Assembly: GCA_051599415.1 (NCBI GenBank)
Contig: AP039690.1
Location: forward strand, 496,001 to 560,000
DNA: 64,000 nt
Source: Savitreella phatthalungensis
Lineage: Eukaryota
Direction of reading: 5' to 3'
The stretch's first letter is position 1, and the number at the start of each line of letters is the position of its first letter. The notes beneath the pieces are model-generated. The model did no database searches. It was not told the DNA's origin and saw only the letters and a program-made list of their open reading frames with translations. The position numbers and the translations under genes were made by a program. This document shows positions 22,889 to 33,710 of this stretch, piece by piece.

Positions 22889-24958
22889 TTGAATGAGTGG
22901 TGTGATGCGTGTGATTGTGTGAGTGTGTATGGATAGGTTGGTGGGTTTGCGTGGGTGAGGAGATGATTGATCGGAGTTGCTCGGCTTGCCACGAGACTTT
23001 TTCTTCTTCCTTTTGTCTCCTCCTCCTGTTCCTCCTCCTCCTCCTTCCACCGAATCCCAAAGGCGGTTTCTGCTATTGCCTTCACGGAAGAGATATCTGG
23101 CCAAGGTGTAGAAGGGTTGAAGCTTCGATGGAAGATTAACTTGACTGCTGCCGATGAGAAGCGCCAACAACTTGGATCTCGGTGGGCAAATCCTACCTGA
23201 TTGTGGGAGAAGCTGCCCATCAGACCTTGCACAGATGCAATTTTACTGTTGAACTTTCAGAGCCGCCCGATCGCCGAGAGAACCCACGAAAATCACATGA
23301 ATATTTTGACCTCGCACAGGTCATTCATCATGATTCCCAATCTGAAGCTGGAAGCACTGGGCAGTAGTCTTTTGTCTATTTTTCCGTGGGGCGGGTATTC
23401 AATTGCCTCATGCTTTAGAAGAAGAATCGAAACGCTAGCAATTACCCGGATCAATTTGGATGCCCTTCAGCTGACCTCAGCTAGAATCTTCCAGGCTCAG
23501 ATAGCAGGTATTCACGCAGCCATGCCAACTCAATGGCCACGATCTAGCTCACCCCGGCCTCGGTCTTCAATCACCAAATGCGCCCACAGATTGAGCAGGA
23601 CAATGCGTGCCAATCTGGCTAGCGTCCAACGGTCCCCGACGCCACGATTTAGAGTTTTATAGCTTCCAGATTCACCACCAAATACCGATGCGGTGGCAAT
23701 ATCTCCCAGGACCGCGAATTGCGTTGCTGTATCTTGTGCGCGGGTCAGTCAATGCTCACACGCCCAACAGCCTCGGTCAAATTTTTGATTCCTGTGACAC
23801 AGCCCAGAGTGATCAAATCATTTCGTCCCAACATTTTTTGAATCGTCTTTCTGTTTTCAGCCGAGCCTCAACGGCCACACGGCATTTTCTCGTCCCGTGC
23901 ATTCATCCCCGCTGTTCCGATAAACTCGCTGCATCCGTCGCGCCGGGCTTGGTTGTATGGAGAACATACAGGGATGAATCGATCGTACGAAATCTGAAGT
24001 GCATCAATTGGGAGCTCTATGGCGGATCCCACGCACGAGCATTTTGTGGAGCAATTTCCAACCATTGACTAGTCCGACACGTGGAAGACCTTTGCCGCCT
24101 ACAGCGAATTTTCCATTCGGCACAGATCAATCGGATCCGCACCACAGTTGAAATTCATGGGTAGTATTTTCCCGTGAACCAAAAAAACATGTGAGAATTG
24201 GCGAGTCCGGAAGAACTCTAGCGAGAAATGACGCTTGATTTCTGCACGATGACCCATCCAGTGTCTGTCATTGTTGTGGTCTGATTCCCAGTTGGGCACC
24301 AAGCAGATCGATCTGCGTGACCACTCACTATAGACCCGCCGAGCTGGATCACATTGCCCTCCAAAGTCACTCGGTGACATGTGAAAGAGCATTTGACTTA
24401 TTTGGACTAGACACACTGCCTCATTCGACCGATCACCATGCACGACTTCCCATGCCTTGATCTGACAGCTGGATTCTTCCTTCACACTGTTCTCCCGCGT
24501 CCCCGATCTCAATCCAATTCGATCTCTGCATGTTGTTTGGGAGCTCTTAGACAAGATCCAAGCGGGGAAAACGGGAAAGTTGTTTCCATGCAGATCGTCG
24601 AATTGAACTGCCAGCCAGCTCATCATAGCCTGTAGATAAAGAACTCTCCTGCGTGGCCTACCTCTCTATATCCTGTCGTCTCCCATGTAATCACGTGTCA
24701 TGGCAAACCTTCCAGTGCCACGTCGTGGCTGATTGTCGATTTCTTGACTCATTCGGAAAGCAGCTCTGATTTTAGCACTCCACACACAGGTGAGCGACCC
24801 TCGAAAGTTGTGTCATCGTCCGTGTCCATACTCAGGATCCTAAAAGTCTCCTGATCTCCCGCGACCACCATTATCCGCGAGCAGTTGATCGGCCTTCGTG
24901 TGTGCAGTGCATTGATAGGTCGGTCGATGCGTCGGACGACGCTTCTGAGGGGTTGTCA

Positions 24959-25567
24959 ATGGGCGTCTTCCGGACGGTGACGCGACCGTTTGTGCGAGTG
25001 TTTGCGGCCTATGAGGCTGCTGTGGCACGCCGTCCATTGGGGACTCAGATCGCCGCTGGGACTGTGCTTGTGACGATCGGCGATGGACTTGCACAGCACG
25101 CTGTCGAGAAGACACCTAGACACGACTGGCGGAGGACGGGAATTATGATTGCCATGCGCGGCGTACTACATTCGTGGTTGATTGTCAGCTGGCTAAGATT
25201 GCTCCACGAGCGGCTACCACTCCCACAGCTATCGCAGTACGGCCGGGTCGCAGTCCACCTCACACTCGACCAGTCGTTCTTCGGCCCTGCCAACATCGGC
25301 CTGTTCTTCGCGGGCTCCGGCGTGCTTGAGGGCAAGAGCGTCGACGAGATCAAGGCCAAGATCCGTGATCGGTGGTGGTCGTCTGTGAAGCTGGGCTGGG
25401 GTGTCTGGGTGCCTTTCTCCTTCTGTATGTACAGTTTCGTGCCCATGACCTACAGACTCGTCTCAGGCCAGCTCGTCGGCATCGGTTGGAACTGCTACAT
25501 GTCGTACGCCAACGCCCACGCTCAACGTCAGCGTGCTGAGGCCAAAGACCAACTCACCGCCACATGA
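24959..25567 (+). CDS. Mpv17/PMP22 family membrane protein (Sym1-like)
   Basis: GDGLAQ, HDWRRT, LDQSFFGP, WVPF, WNCYMS family motifs; first ATG at 24959; a possible 5'UTR intron starts at GTGAGC near 24790. Confidence 0.88.
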   Translation: MGVFRTVTRPFVRVFAAYEAAVARRPLGTQIAAGTVLVTIGDGLAQHAVEKTPRHDWRRTGIMIAMRGVLHSWLIVSWLRLLHERLPLPQLSQYGRVAVHLTLDQSFFGPANIGLFFAGSGVLEGKSVDEIKAKIRDRWWSSVKLGWGVWVPFSFCMYSFVPMTYRLVSGQLVGIGWNCYMSYANAHAQRQRAEAKDQLTAT

Positions 25568-26290
25568 CGTACCACTCCCGGGACTAGAACAACAACAACT
25601 GTCAGCAGATGCATGCAAGAGAGCGAATGCGCTTGATGGAGACCTTACCGGCTGATAGACTTCCCATGCAAGCCAATCCGACGACGTCGTCGGCAGGAGA
25701 CCCATGTACTGCAGCTTTGCCATTCCCAGCGCGATTGTGACTAGCTGACCGAGTATGAATACGAGCTTCGGCATGCCGAGTCGGTCGTGGGTTGCAGGTG
25801 TCTCGAAGGGAGCGAATGCCGCGAGCGGCTCGGACGCAAGCATCTTGACAGGCGACCAGAATAGCGTGGCTGTCATCATGATAGAGAAGATCTGAATAGA
25901 GGAACCACTGAAATACGCCATCACAAGCTGCATCGGCAGAGCCTTGAATGGTGAAAGTGCAACATCCCATGACTTCTTCACCATCAGCATCGATCTCAGC
26001 TCTGCATTTGCAGCGTCCTGAGCGTCATTGTTCCCACCCGTTTTCTTCTGTAGCTTCTATGTCGCGATCCGTCAGTCGTTCGCATTCAGAGGTCGCAGTC
26101 GTGGAGTTTGCGTACCTTGCTGTCATTTGCACTCGTGAAACCCGGTGGATCGACTGCCTGTGTCTTGGTGTTTGTAGGCACCCTGAGAGTCAGTCTGCCA
26201 TTCTCCGCGTCACTTCCCGAACCCGGGAGGAAAGACAAACACGTACGCGGTCGGTGGCTTGGAAAGTAGTGTGATCCAGCTTGCTGCCAT
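25554..26290 (-). CDS. EMC4: ER membrane protein complex subunit 4, 4 exons
   Basis: Exons 26290-26247, 26182-26116, 26056-25649 and 25583-25554, all GT..CTGAC..AG and in frame; DPPGF, KKSWDVALSPFKALPM, SIQIFSIMM and GLLPTTSSDWL motifs. Confidence 0.88.
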
Positions 26291-26646
26291 AACGTCCAAT
26301 TCACTAGCTAAGCTGGTGAACGTCACAAGAGATGGCGCTATGCTCGTCTTTGTATCGCTGTCGTGGACAAGTAGAGAGTATTCCACTGCCGCATGTTACA
26401 CACTTGCTCGATCAACGGCGGGTTGCCAAGATGCACGACTGTTTCCAAATTTCCTAACGCATGCATCTGCACATGCACGGGCTTCAGAAGATGCAAGGAT
26501 CTACTGCGGAGAAGATACCCAGCTCTCAATCACATTCTACTCACTCGTAGACAAACAGGCACGACAAGCCTTCAAGACCAGCTTGCTCACTCTTCACGCA
26601 CGGAAGATCGCATGATTCTGCGGCAAAGACTGATACGGAGAGGAAC

Positions 26647-28161
26647 ATGGTATTGAGATCAACATACTGCACGCGTGCTCGCTTTGCACTGTCACACACG
26701 CGGCGAGGGTCGCCTGGGGTCTGCGCTGCTGGACGGCAGTGGTTGCGTTGGCAGTCGACGCAGACAAGACCGGCTGTGCAGGAGACGGTGATCCCGCCAT
26801 CGCTTGCGACAGAACGCACGCCACTACAACTATACGACGAGCGCTGCAGGCAAGGCAAATTGCGGCGTGACAATCACCAGCGCTCCATCATCGAAGCCAC
26901 CATCACCAGACTCCACAATGAGCTCCGCACACATAAATTCCCCGAGATCGAGCCACCAAAGATTGAGCGGCCTACAAAGTCCGGCGTGGCTCTGGTAGGT
27001 GTTGAGAAAGTGTGGGCTGAGCGGCATGAGGTGGACGCGAAGGAGAAGACCGGCGGGTTTTTCGCTCGATTGTTTGGACGTGGTACGCCAGCGGTGGAAG
27101 AGCCCCAGAAGCCGGAGGCTGCGCGTGTGAAGGGGATGTACCTGCACGGGGACGTCGGGTGTGGGAAGACGATGCTGATGGACCTGTTTTTCGAGACGCT
27201 GCCATCGCAGGTGAAGCACAAGCAGCGGATCCACTTCCACGCCTTCATGCTCAGCGTCCACAAGAAGGCACACCAACTCAAGGCAGAGCACGGCAACAGC
27301 TTCGATGCGATCCCATACATCGCGGCTGACATCGGCGTCAGGTCGCAGGTGCTGTGCTTTGATGAGTTCCAGGTGACGGATATCGTGGACGCCATGATCC
27401 TCAGACAACTGCTCCAGCGACTTATCGACTACGGTGTCGTCGTCTTCACAACCTCGAATCGGAAACCCGACGATTTGTACCGCGGCGGGATACAGCGCGT
27501 GTCCTTCCTCCCGTGCATCGCACTGCTCGAGAAGGAACTCGACGTCGTCTGCCTCGATTCCCCAACAGACTACCGCAAGCTCGATACCAGCCTCTCGGAT
27601 GTCTATCACACGGGGCTCGGTCCTGAAGCTGATCGGCACGCGGACGCGTGGTTTGAGCGTCTTGGTGATTTCGCCAACGACGGTCCACGGGAAAGCCACC
27701 AGGAGATCTGGGGTCGGCAGATCAGGGTACCTCTGGCCTCGGGCTCGTGCGCCAAGTTCACATTCGACGAGATCTGCGGCCAGCCCTTGTCGGCCTCCGA
27801 CTACCTCACACTCGCCCAGAGCTACAGGTCGTTTGTGATCACCGACATCCCGCAGCTGACGCTGAGTGAGAAGGACAAGGCCCGACGTCTGATCACCCTG
27901 ATCGATTCTCTGTACGAGAGTGGTACGAGACTCGTGTGTACGAGTGCGGTGCCGATGCGCGAGGTCTTCAGTTCAGAGGCTGAGCGGGACATTAGGGATC
28001 TCGATAGCTCGATGAGAGCCATTATGGACGATTTGGGACTTGACATGACCACGTTCAAGGACTCAAACATCTTCACAGGCGACGAAGAACGATTCGCATT
28101 CCACAGATGTCTTTCCAGACTCGCTCAAATGGGAACACACGCCTGGGTTAGCAAACCTTAA
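26647..28161 (+). CDS. AFG1: Mitochondrial AFG1/LACE1/ZapE-family ATPase
   Basis: GMYLHGDVGCGKTMLMDLF, CFDEFQVTDIVDAMIL, TSNRKPDDLY, FAFHRCLSRL. Confidence 0.95.
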   Translation: MVLRSTYCTRARFALSHTRRGSPGVCAAGRQWLRWQSTQTRPAVQETVIPPSLATERTPLQLYDERCRQGKLRRDNHQRSIIEATITRLHNELRTHKFPEIEPPKIERPTKSGVALVGVEKVWAERHEVDAKEKTGGFFARLFGRGTPAVEEPQKPEAARVKGMYLHGDVGCGKTMLMDLFFETLPSQVKHKQRIHFHAFMLSVHKKAHQLKAEHGNSFDAIPYIAADIGVRSQVLCFDEFQVTDIVDAMILRQLLQRLIDYGVVVFTTSNRKPDDLYRGGIQRVSFLPCIALLEKELDVVCLDSPTDYRKLDTSLSDVYHTGLGPEADRHADAWFERLGDFANDGPRESHQEIWGRQIRVPLASGSCAKFTFDEICGQPLSASDYLTLAQSYRSFVITDIPQLTLSEKDKARRLITLIDSLYESGTRLVCTSAVPMREVFSSEAERDIRDLDSSMRAIMDDLGLDMTTFKDSNIFTGDEERFAFHRCLSRLAQMGTHAWVSKP

Positions 28162-28353
28162 AATAGAGACTCACACCCACACATTCCGTGAGTAAGGATT
28201 ATTATCATCGTTCCTCGCATCACAACCGCTTTCTAGAGCGGGCAAAGCTACGTGTCTTGACTAGGAGTGCTAAGAATCGCAGACCGTGACGGCGTGATGC
28301 GGGTCTAGAGTTGTAGTAGTGTAGTGTACAGGCGTGGGTGAGAACGCCACGGA

Positions 28354-31062
28354 TCATCGGGCGATGCCGAGAGAGTTCTCGATCGTCAGCGGGCCAGAGA
28401 TCAAGCTATTCAGCTGTGAACCTCGAGGATCGGGTGCTGTGGAAGGTGCACGAGAGCCGCTGCTGCCGGGCGGTAGGGGTGAATGTGCTGATCCTCTGCT
28501 AGAGTTGCGCATCCATCGAGGTGCAGGCAGGGGTCCGATGTTGTTGCTCGATCGGTGTGAGAATTGGGCGGACACGGGACTTCCATTGCCGCCGTTGTTG
28601 TTGTTGTTGATGTTGGCACGAGTCTGCCATGAGCCACGAACGTACGACGTCCTCGATCGTCTCATCGCTCGACGGCGGAGCAGCCAGAACGCGAAGCCGA
28701 ACCACAGCGCTACGCCTGCGGCTGAACACGAGACAATCATAGCAAGCTTGCTGTGGGAGCTCAAGTACGGTATGACCGCACGGGAATCTGCGAGGGAGCC
28801 GCTAAGTGCGATGCCGTTTCCGCTGCTGCTCGTGCTGCCAGACGCATCGTTGCTGCCAGTGCCGTCGGTTGCGGCCGTCGCCTTCGGGCGGCTGGTAGCG
28901 GCACTTCCGCCAGTAGCGCCGACGCCGGTACCGTCGGTGGCAGAGCCTGCAGCTGATCCTCCTGTTCCGGGAATGAGGGGAATGCTGCGGTCGATCAGGA
29001 CGACGAGACTCTGTAGGGAGCTGTCCTGCTGCTGGTACAGTTCCGAGCTGCTGTCCTGCCAGAGGTCACGCAGCTTATCGTACGCGGTCGTCGGAATGAC
29101 GAGATAGATGACTGTGGCATCGTAGGATTGACGCGCGAATGGTCGGAGCGAGTTGACTGAAATGCTGTCGGCAAAGTCCGGCATGACGGCGTCGAGTGCC
29201 AAGGGCATGTACTGGATGATTTGCGCCGTTGCAACGTTGCTGCCGGCCACGAAAGCGTAGTTGAGAGCTTCCACAAATCCGATCTGCACGAGCATTTCGC
29301 CTGCAGCTGGCACTGCGAAGCCCGAAGCTGGCACAATCACCGCCGGCAGCATCACAGACGAAGCCGAGGGTTTGGCTGTGGCAGACGACATGATGCTCGG
29401 ATTGTTGACAGGAGTCGGCGCGTGGGATGGCGTGGTTACATCAGGTGTCGCTATGGACACGACAACGCTTGACTGCGTGACCATTGTGGTTGGCACTGGC
29501 ATTGGCGAGGGCGATTCTGCGGTAGCGTTCATCAGTGACGATGGTGTCGGTGAAGGGGGCGACGCAAAGTCCGAAAACGCTGACGGGGGAGCAGATGATG
29601 CTATGTTCAACGGGCTCGAAAGCGGCGTCATCGGTCGTACCGTAGGCACGATCGAAGCGGGAACGGTTGCTACCGGTGTGGTCGCGCTGCCTGCAGCCGA
29701 TGACGAAGCTGCTGGAATTCCGATGATAGGCGTCTGCGAATGTGATACTGATGGAGTGTTTGCGCTGGTGTTGATGGGCTCGGGCGCGGAGCTCTGCGGC
29801 AGCGTCGGTGCACTGCTCACCACAGCAGGCGTGGGGGTCAGAGCAGGCGTATTGGTCAGGCCAGGAGCTGTAGGACTCGACGTTCTGTCAGTCGATACAA
29901 CGCGGTCGCTCGTGCTGCCAAAGGGCGGATTGAATGATGCCGCTGGCACGGTCGAAGCTGGAGGAGTGGGCGAAGTCGACGGGGCTGAATAGAATGGCTC
30001 ATCGCTTGGTGTTGCGGATCCACTTGCAATAGGCTGCCCATGCTGTTGACTGGGCGTGACCGACGGCGACATTGCTGGTGAGCTGGCTGCGACTGTCGGC
30101 TCAATCACAGTCACGGAGTCCGAAGCTGTTGAGCTGCTTACCGCGGGAAATGCCTGCGGGCTTGTGGAAAATACTCGCGCCGGCACAGTCGTGGAGGATG
30201 CAGAGGCAATGGGCGAATCACTTGCTGCAATCGGGGTCGTTGACGGAGTCGTCGCAGGCGAGGGAGTGGTCGCTGGTGCCATAGATGTCGCTGGTGTAGT
30301 CTTCAGACTAGATGCCGGCAGATCCGGGTTTGACGGCGGCGGCGTCGCCGTCGTGGTTGCAGCAGGTTGTGTTGTAAGTGGTGTCGTCTGCCCTGGCTCA
30401 GTGGCGTGTGAATGTGGTAGTGTATTGGATCCTGAAGGCTGCGTCGGGTTTGTCGTGGTCAGCGGCGCCGACCGATCTTGTCCAGAAGCATGCGACTGAG
30501 GCGGGCCTGGGGTCGGTGTTGTCGTTGTTGACGGTGTGGCCGACAGGGGCTTGCTGAAAATGGATGCAATGACTGCATCTAGCGCACTGGAGAAAGGGTC
30601 CGCCTCTGAGGTCGAGGACGGCTGTGGTGTTGGTGTGTACATCAGTGTTGGTATAGTGCCACTGCCAGTAGTGATGAAAGACCTGGGCGGTGGTGTGGTC
30701 GATAGGCTCGCAGAGGAGTCCGAGGGCGTTGGGGTGGAAAATGGAGTCACAGACGTCGTTGTCGCTCCAGAAGTAGTTGTAGAAGAGATTGGCGTCGGAG
30801 GTGGACTTGGGCTCGTGGGGGAGTCCGCAGGGCCGATTGCAGTGCCGGTCGAGCTGGCCGTCGTAGTGAACGAGGATGACGGTGTCACCGTGAACGTAGG
30901 CGTGGTTGTCGCAGTTGTGGAACTGCTCGGCAGTGTGTCATTCAGCGCGCGCCAATGGAGCCTGTGCCAACGAATGTTCTGCAGCTGCCGACGATCCGGT
31001 TGCTGCTGTTGAGCCAATGCCGGCACGGCCGCGAGCAGCAGAGCTACGGATGCGAAGTGCAT
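28354..31062 (-). CDS. MSB2: Signalling mucin of the Msb2/Hkr1 type
   Basis: Signal peptide, about 540-aa S/T/P-rich region, HMH domain (LVQIGFVEALNYAFV...AQIIQYMPLAL), single TM followed by RRR, C-terminal ISGPLTIENSLG motif. Confidence 0.85.
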   Translation of the reverse strand: MHFASVALLLAAVPALAQQQQPDRRQLQNIRWHRLHWRALNDTLPSSSTTATTTPTFTVTPSSSFTTTASSTGTAIGPADSPTSPSPPPTPISSTTTSGATTTSVTPFSTPTPSDSSASLSTTPPPRSFITTGSGTIPTLMYTPTPQPSSTSEADPFSSALDAVIASIFSKPLSATPSTTTTPTPGPPQSHASGQDRSAPLTTTNPTQPSGSNTLPHSHATEPGQTTPLTTQPAATTTATPPPSNPDLPASSLKTTPATSMAPATTPSPATTPSTTPIAASDSPIASASSTTVPARVFSTSPQAFPAVSSSTASDSVTVIEPTVAASSPAMSPSVTPSQQHGQPIASGSATPSDEPFYSAPSTSPTPPASTVPAASFNPPFGSTSDRVVSTDRTSSPTAPGLTNTPALTPTPAVVSSAPTLPQSSAPEPINTSANTPSVSHSQTPIIGIPAASSSAAGSATTPVATVPASIVPTVRPMTPLSSPLNIASSAPPSAFSDFASPPSPTPSSLMNATAESPSPMPVPTTMVTQSSVVVSIATPDVTTPSHAPTPVNNPSIMSSATAKPSASSVMLPAVIVPASGFAVPAAGEMLVQIGFVEALNYAFVAGSNVATAQIIQYMPLALDAVMPDFADSISVNSLRPFARQSYDATVIYLVIPTTAYDKLRDLWQDSSSELYQQQDSSLQSLVVLIDRSIPLIPGTGGSAAGSATDGTGVGATGGSAATSRPKATAATDGTGSNDASGSTSSSGNGIALSGSLADSRAVIPYLSSHSKLAMIVSCSAAGVALWFGFAFWLLRRRAMRRSRTSYVRGSWQTRANINNNNNGGNGSPVSAQFSHRSSNNIGPLPAPRWMRNSSRGSAHSPLPPGSSGSRAPSTAPDPRGSQLNSLISGPLTIENSLGIAR

Positions 31063-32455
31063 GATGGACTGGTGTCTTGTCCGATAGAATTGTTCAGGTT
31101 CAGAAGAGCATCGCGCCGGCGACTGTCAGGTCTATTGATGAAGGGGTTGCCCGACGACTGCGCTGCTGCACGGTCGCGAACCGAGGAATTTGGCGTAGCC
31201 TTTGAACAGAGCGGCGAGCGAAACCGAGTGAAGGCGAGTGAAACCTTTGGCGCGCTTCCACGTTGTCGGAAGAAACCAGGAGTATGCTCTTTCGGGGAAG
31301 AGGGTTTGGCGCAGCTGTTGCGGGAGAGCCTAGCTTGAGCAGGTTGATGTCGCGGTATGTAAGACTCGAGTTCACTTTCTAAAGTCGACGCGATCTGTTG
31401 ACGAGCTCGCAGTACAGTGCACACCCGCGACTACGCTGGTACGCGTAAAGGGCAGGAGTGTGCAGAGATGCGTGCTTGCGAGCGTCGGAAAGGTAACGGA
31501 TTTGTTGTGCCGTTGAGTCAGTGCTTAGGGTTGAGGATGGACGTGCGTTGTTGAGTGAGTATAGACAGAGAGTGTTGGAGTGGCTTGAGTAATGTCAGTT
31601 ACTACGTTCCTACGTGCCTGCTTGAGCGCGTGCGTGCGTTCGTAACTACGTGCCTGTCGTGTTTCTGCAGAGGATAGTTGGGTTTGGGAACGTGTGTCTA
31701 TGAAGATTGACTCTTCTGTTACAATCTCAGACTGGACGGTAGAGGTCCAAGCTTCTTTGATGACTTGTTGGAGATGAAGATATGAAGCCCTTGAGGCTAT
31801 GAGTAGAGAGTGTTAAGTGTAAGATGGCCATTTGAGATCAATTTCGGTGGATGTAGCCCGTGCTGGATATCTTTGAATCTCTGAGCTCGAGCGCATGCAT
31901 GTTGAATGCCATGCAATGCTATTTCCCAGTGTTGATGCGTGCCTGCTTGCCTATCTACCTGTAATTGATGCCTTGGCTCGAAAAGTCAATTTGAATCTGT
32001 TCGAGGTTGACGGCTAATATGTCTTCTACTTGTTACAATTCTTACACCTCCTTTATTCAGATCCACCGAATGGGAATTTGTATCTGGCGAGAGTGGAGTG
32101 GGTGGAATCAGTGCGAATATGTTTGGAAATCTAAAAAGTTTGAAGTTCTCGAAATTGACCCCTGACATGAGCACTGACCATGGCATCCATGTGTACTGGA
32201 TATAAATCAGGTTAATCTGGAGATTGATCTTGCTCGAGATCCGGGAAGAATGTCGATCACAAATCGAGCAATTTCGTTTCCTTTTGTATCATTGGGTGCC
32301 ACGCCCGATCTTCCCGTAAATAGTAACATTCGCCAAGCCAGGACAATTTATCTCATACATTGAAACTGTACTTGCATCACTGCACCGGCTTCGGCACCTT
32401 TCTACTGGTTCGTCGAATTGCCTTTTCCTCCATTGCAATTGTTTCAAGAACAGAA

Positions 32456-32524
32456 TAGTACTGTACTGTACAGTACTGTAGACTACTGTGTTGTACTGTA
32501 CTGCACTGCATTCTACTGCACTGC
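32456..32524. repeat. Imperfect (TACTG/CACTG)n pentamer tract
   Basis: tagtactgtactgtacagtactgtagactactg...gtactgtactgcactgcattctactgcactgc. Confidence 0.75.
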
Positions 32525-33302
32525 CTCACACATGGCTGGCCCACTGCTCCACATCAGATTTGAGGCTCGAGCTATTGGGTGATGTATGAACACGGATCGA
32601 CAGACGCTCGTAGGTCATACGCAGTAGACAGCGTAATATCATGCAGGTGGATGACGGCTGGATGCAGAATCTTATGCAGAAGGAAGCGGCAGAGTGCGAA
32701 TCTCCATCCACTTTACGTCTCGAACGCTTCAGTCTGAGTACTCAGCTAAGTACCAAACCGCCTTGAGAGCTTGACATGGTAGTCCGATCTCGCACAGACA
32801 TCCGCATATGCGCGCAACGACGCTCTGGAGCACGCTGCACTGATCAACCAAGCCACATGTACGTCCAGCACTGTGCGCCTCCGGAATCGAGCGTTATCTA
32901 TAGCTGAGCCAATCAGTCGCCTGCTCGCCCAATCAACATCATCCTCGTTGTCCTGTACTGTGTCATGACTTGCGCAAGGCATGATCATATATGTCCAGAG
33001 TTACAGTCGGTATTGCAATCTGTGGCGACCCTGATCCGCACGACCCCGTTGTAATTGCTCGTGCATTGGGCGCCGCATCTGTGCCGGCTCCACATCTCAA
33101 GTTCACCCATCTTCTATGCAGTACAGCGCGGCAACCGTCTGACGTAGAAACAAATCACCGTGATAAACCATAGGCGTCTTGATCACACGCAACTAGCCCT
33201 ACAGCGTGCGATAGCCGCCTAGTCGCTTTGCTGTGATCAAAAGTCGCGTCATTTGGTCGATTGAGCGCTGCCTGAGACATCGAGGCGCATCAGTCATGAA
33301 AC

Positions 33303-33710
33303 ATGGACATCTTCTTCGCTGACCTGAAGGCAAGGACGGCAAAGGAGTGTCTCGGTCTAGAGACTGAGAAGCTCTCTCTCGACGACGACAAGACGAAAGC
33401 GAAATGGGAGGAACACGCGCAGATGAGTGTGCTGCTGGACAAGGTTCGTGAGCTCGAGGCAGCCAAGGAGATTCTCGAAACCAAGAATCGGACGCTGACA
33501 CGTGCAGTCGAAGAGCGGCAGCAAGTGATCAAAGCGCGAGACACTGCGATGCAGCAGCTCCAGGATGATCTGCACCTCGCCAATCTCGAGCTCAGTCAGT
33601 GTGAACAACGCAATCGTCAGCTCGTCAGAGAGAATGACGACCTCGTTCAGAGGTGGCTGACCAGGATCAATGCAGAGGCAGAAGCGAGTGAACGACCTAG
33701 GCAGCGCTGA
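33303..33710 (+). CDS. ATG16: Autophagy protein Atg16-like coiled coil
   Basis: Heptad coil ending LQDDLHLANLEL...LVRENDDLVQRWL, the typical fungal Atg16 C-terminus. Confidence 0.72.
   Translation: MDIFFADLKARTAKECLGLETEKLSLDDDKTKAKWEEHAQMSVLLDKVRELEAAKEILETKNRTLTRAVEERQQVIKARDTAMQQLQDDLHLANLELSQCEQRNRQLVRENDDLVQRWLTRINAEAEASERPRQR

Noticed and set aside
22841..23170. 110-codon in-frame N-terminal extension of OLE1 from a TTG
   Set aside because: Runs through the TATA-like box and low-complexity promoter sequence; no family similarity
26830..27699. Long antisense ORFs (289 aa here; also 8507-9148, 22109-22711, 29261-29992, 41991-42740, 60605-61402)
   Set aside because: Shadow ORFs expected from GC-rich, biased codon usage of the sense genes; no motifs
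31524..31533. TTAGGGTT as a telomeric repeat or telomerase template
   Set aside because: Single short occurrence, expected by chance
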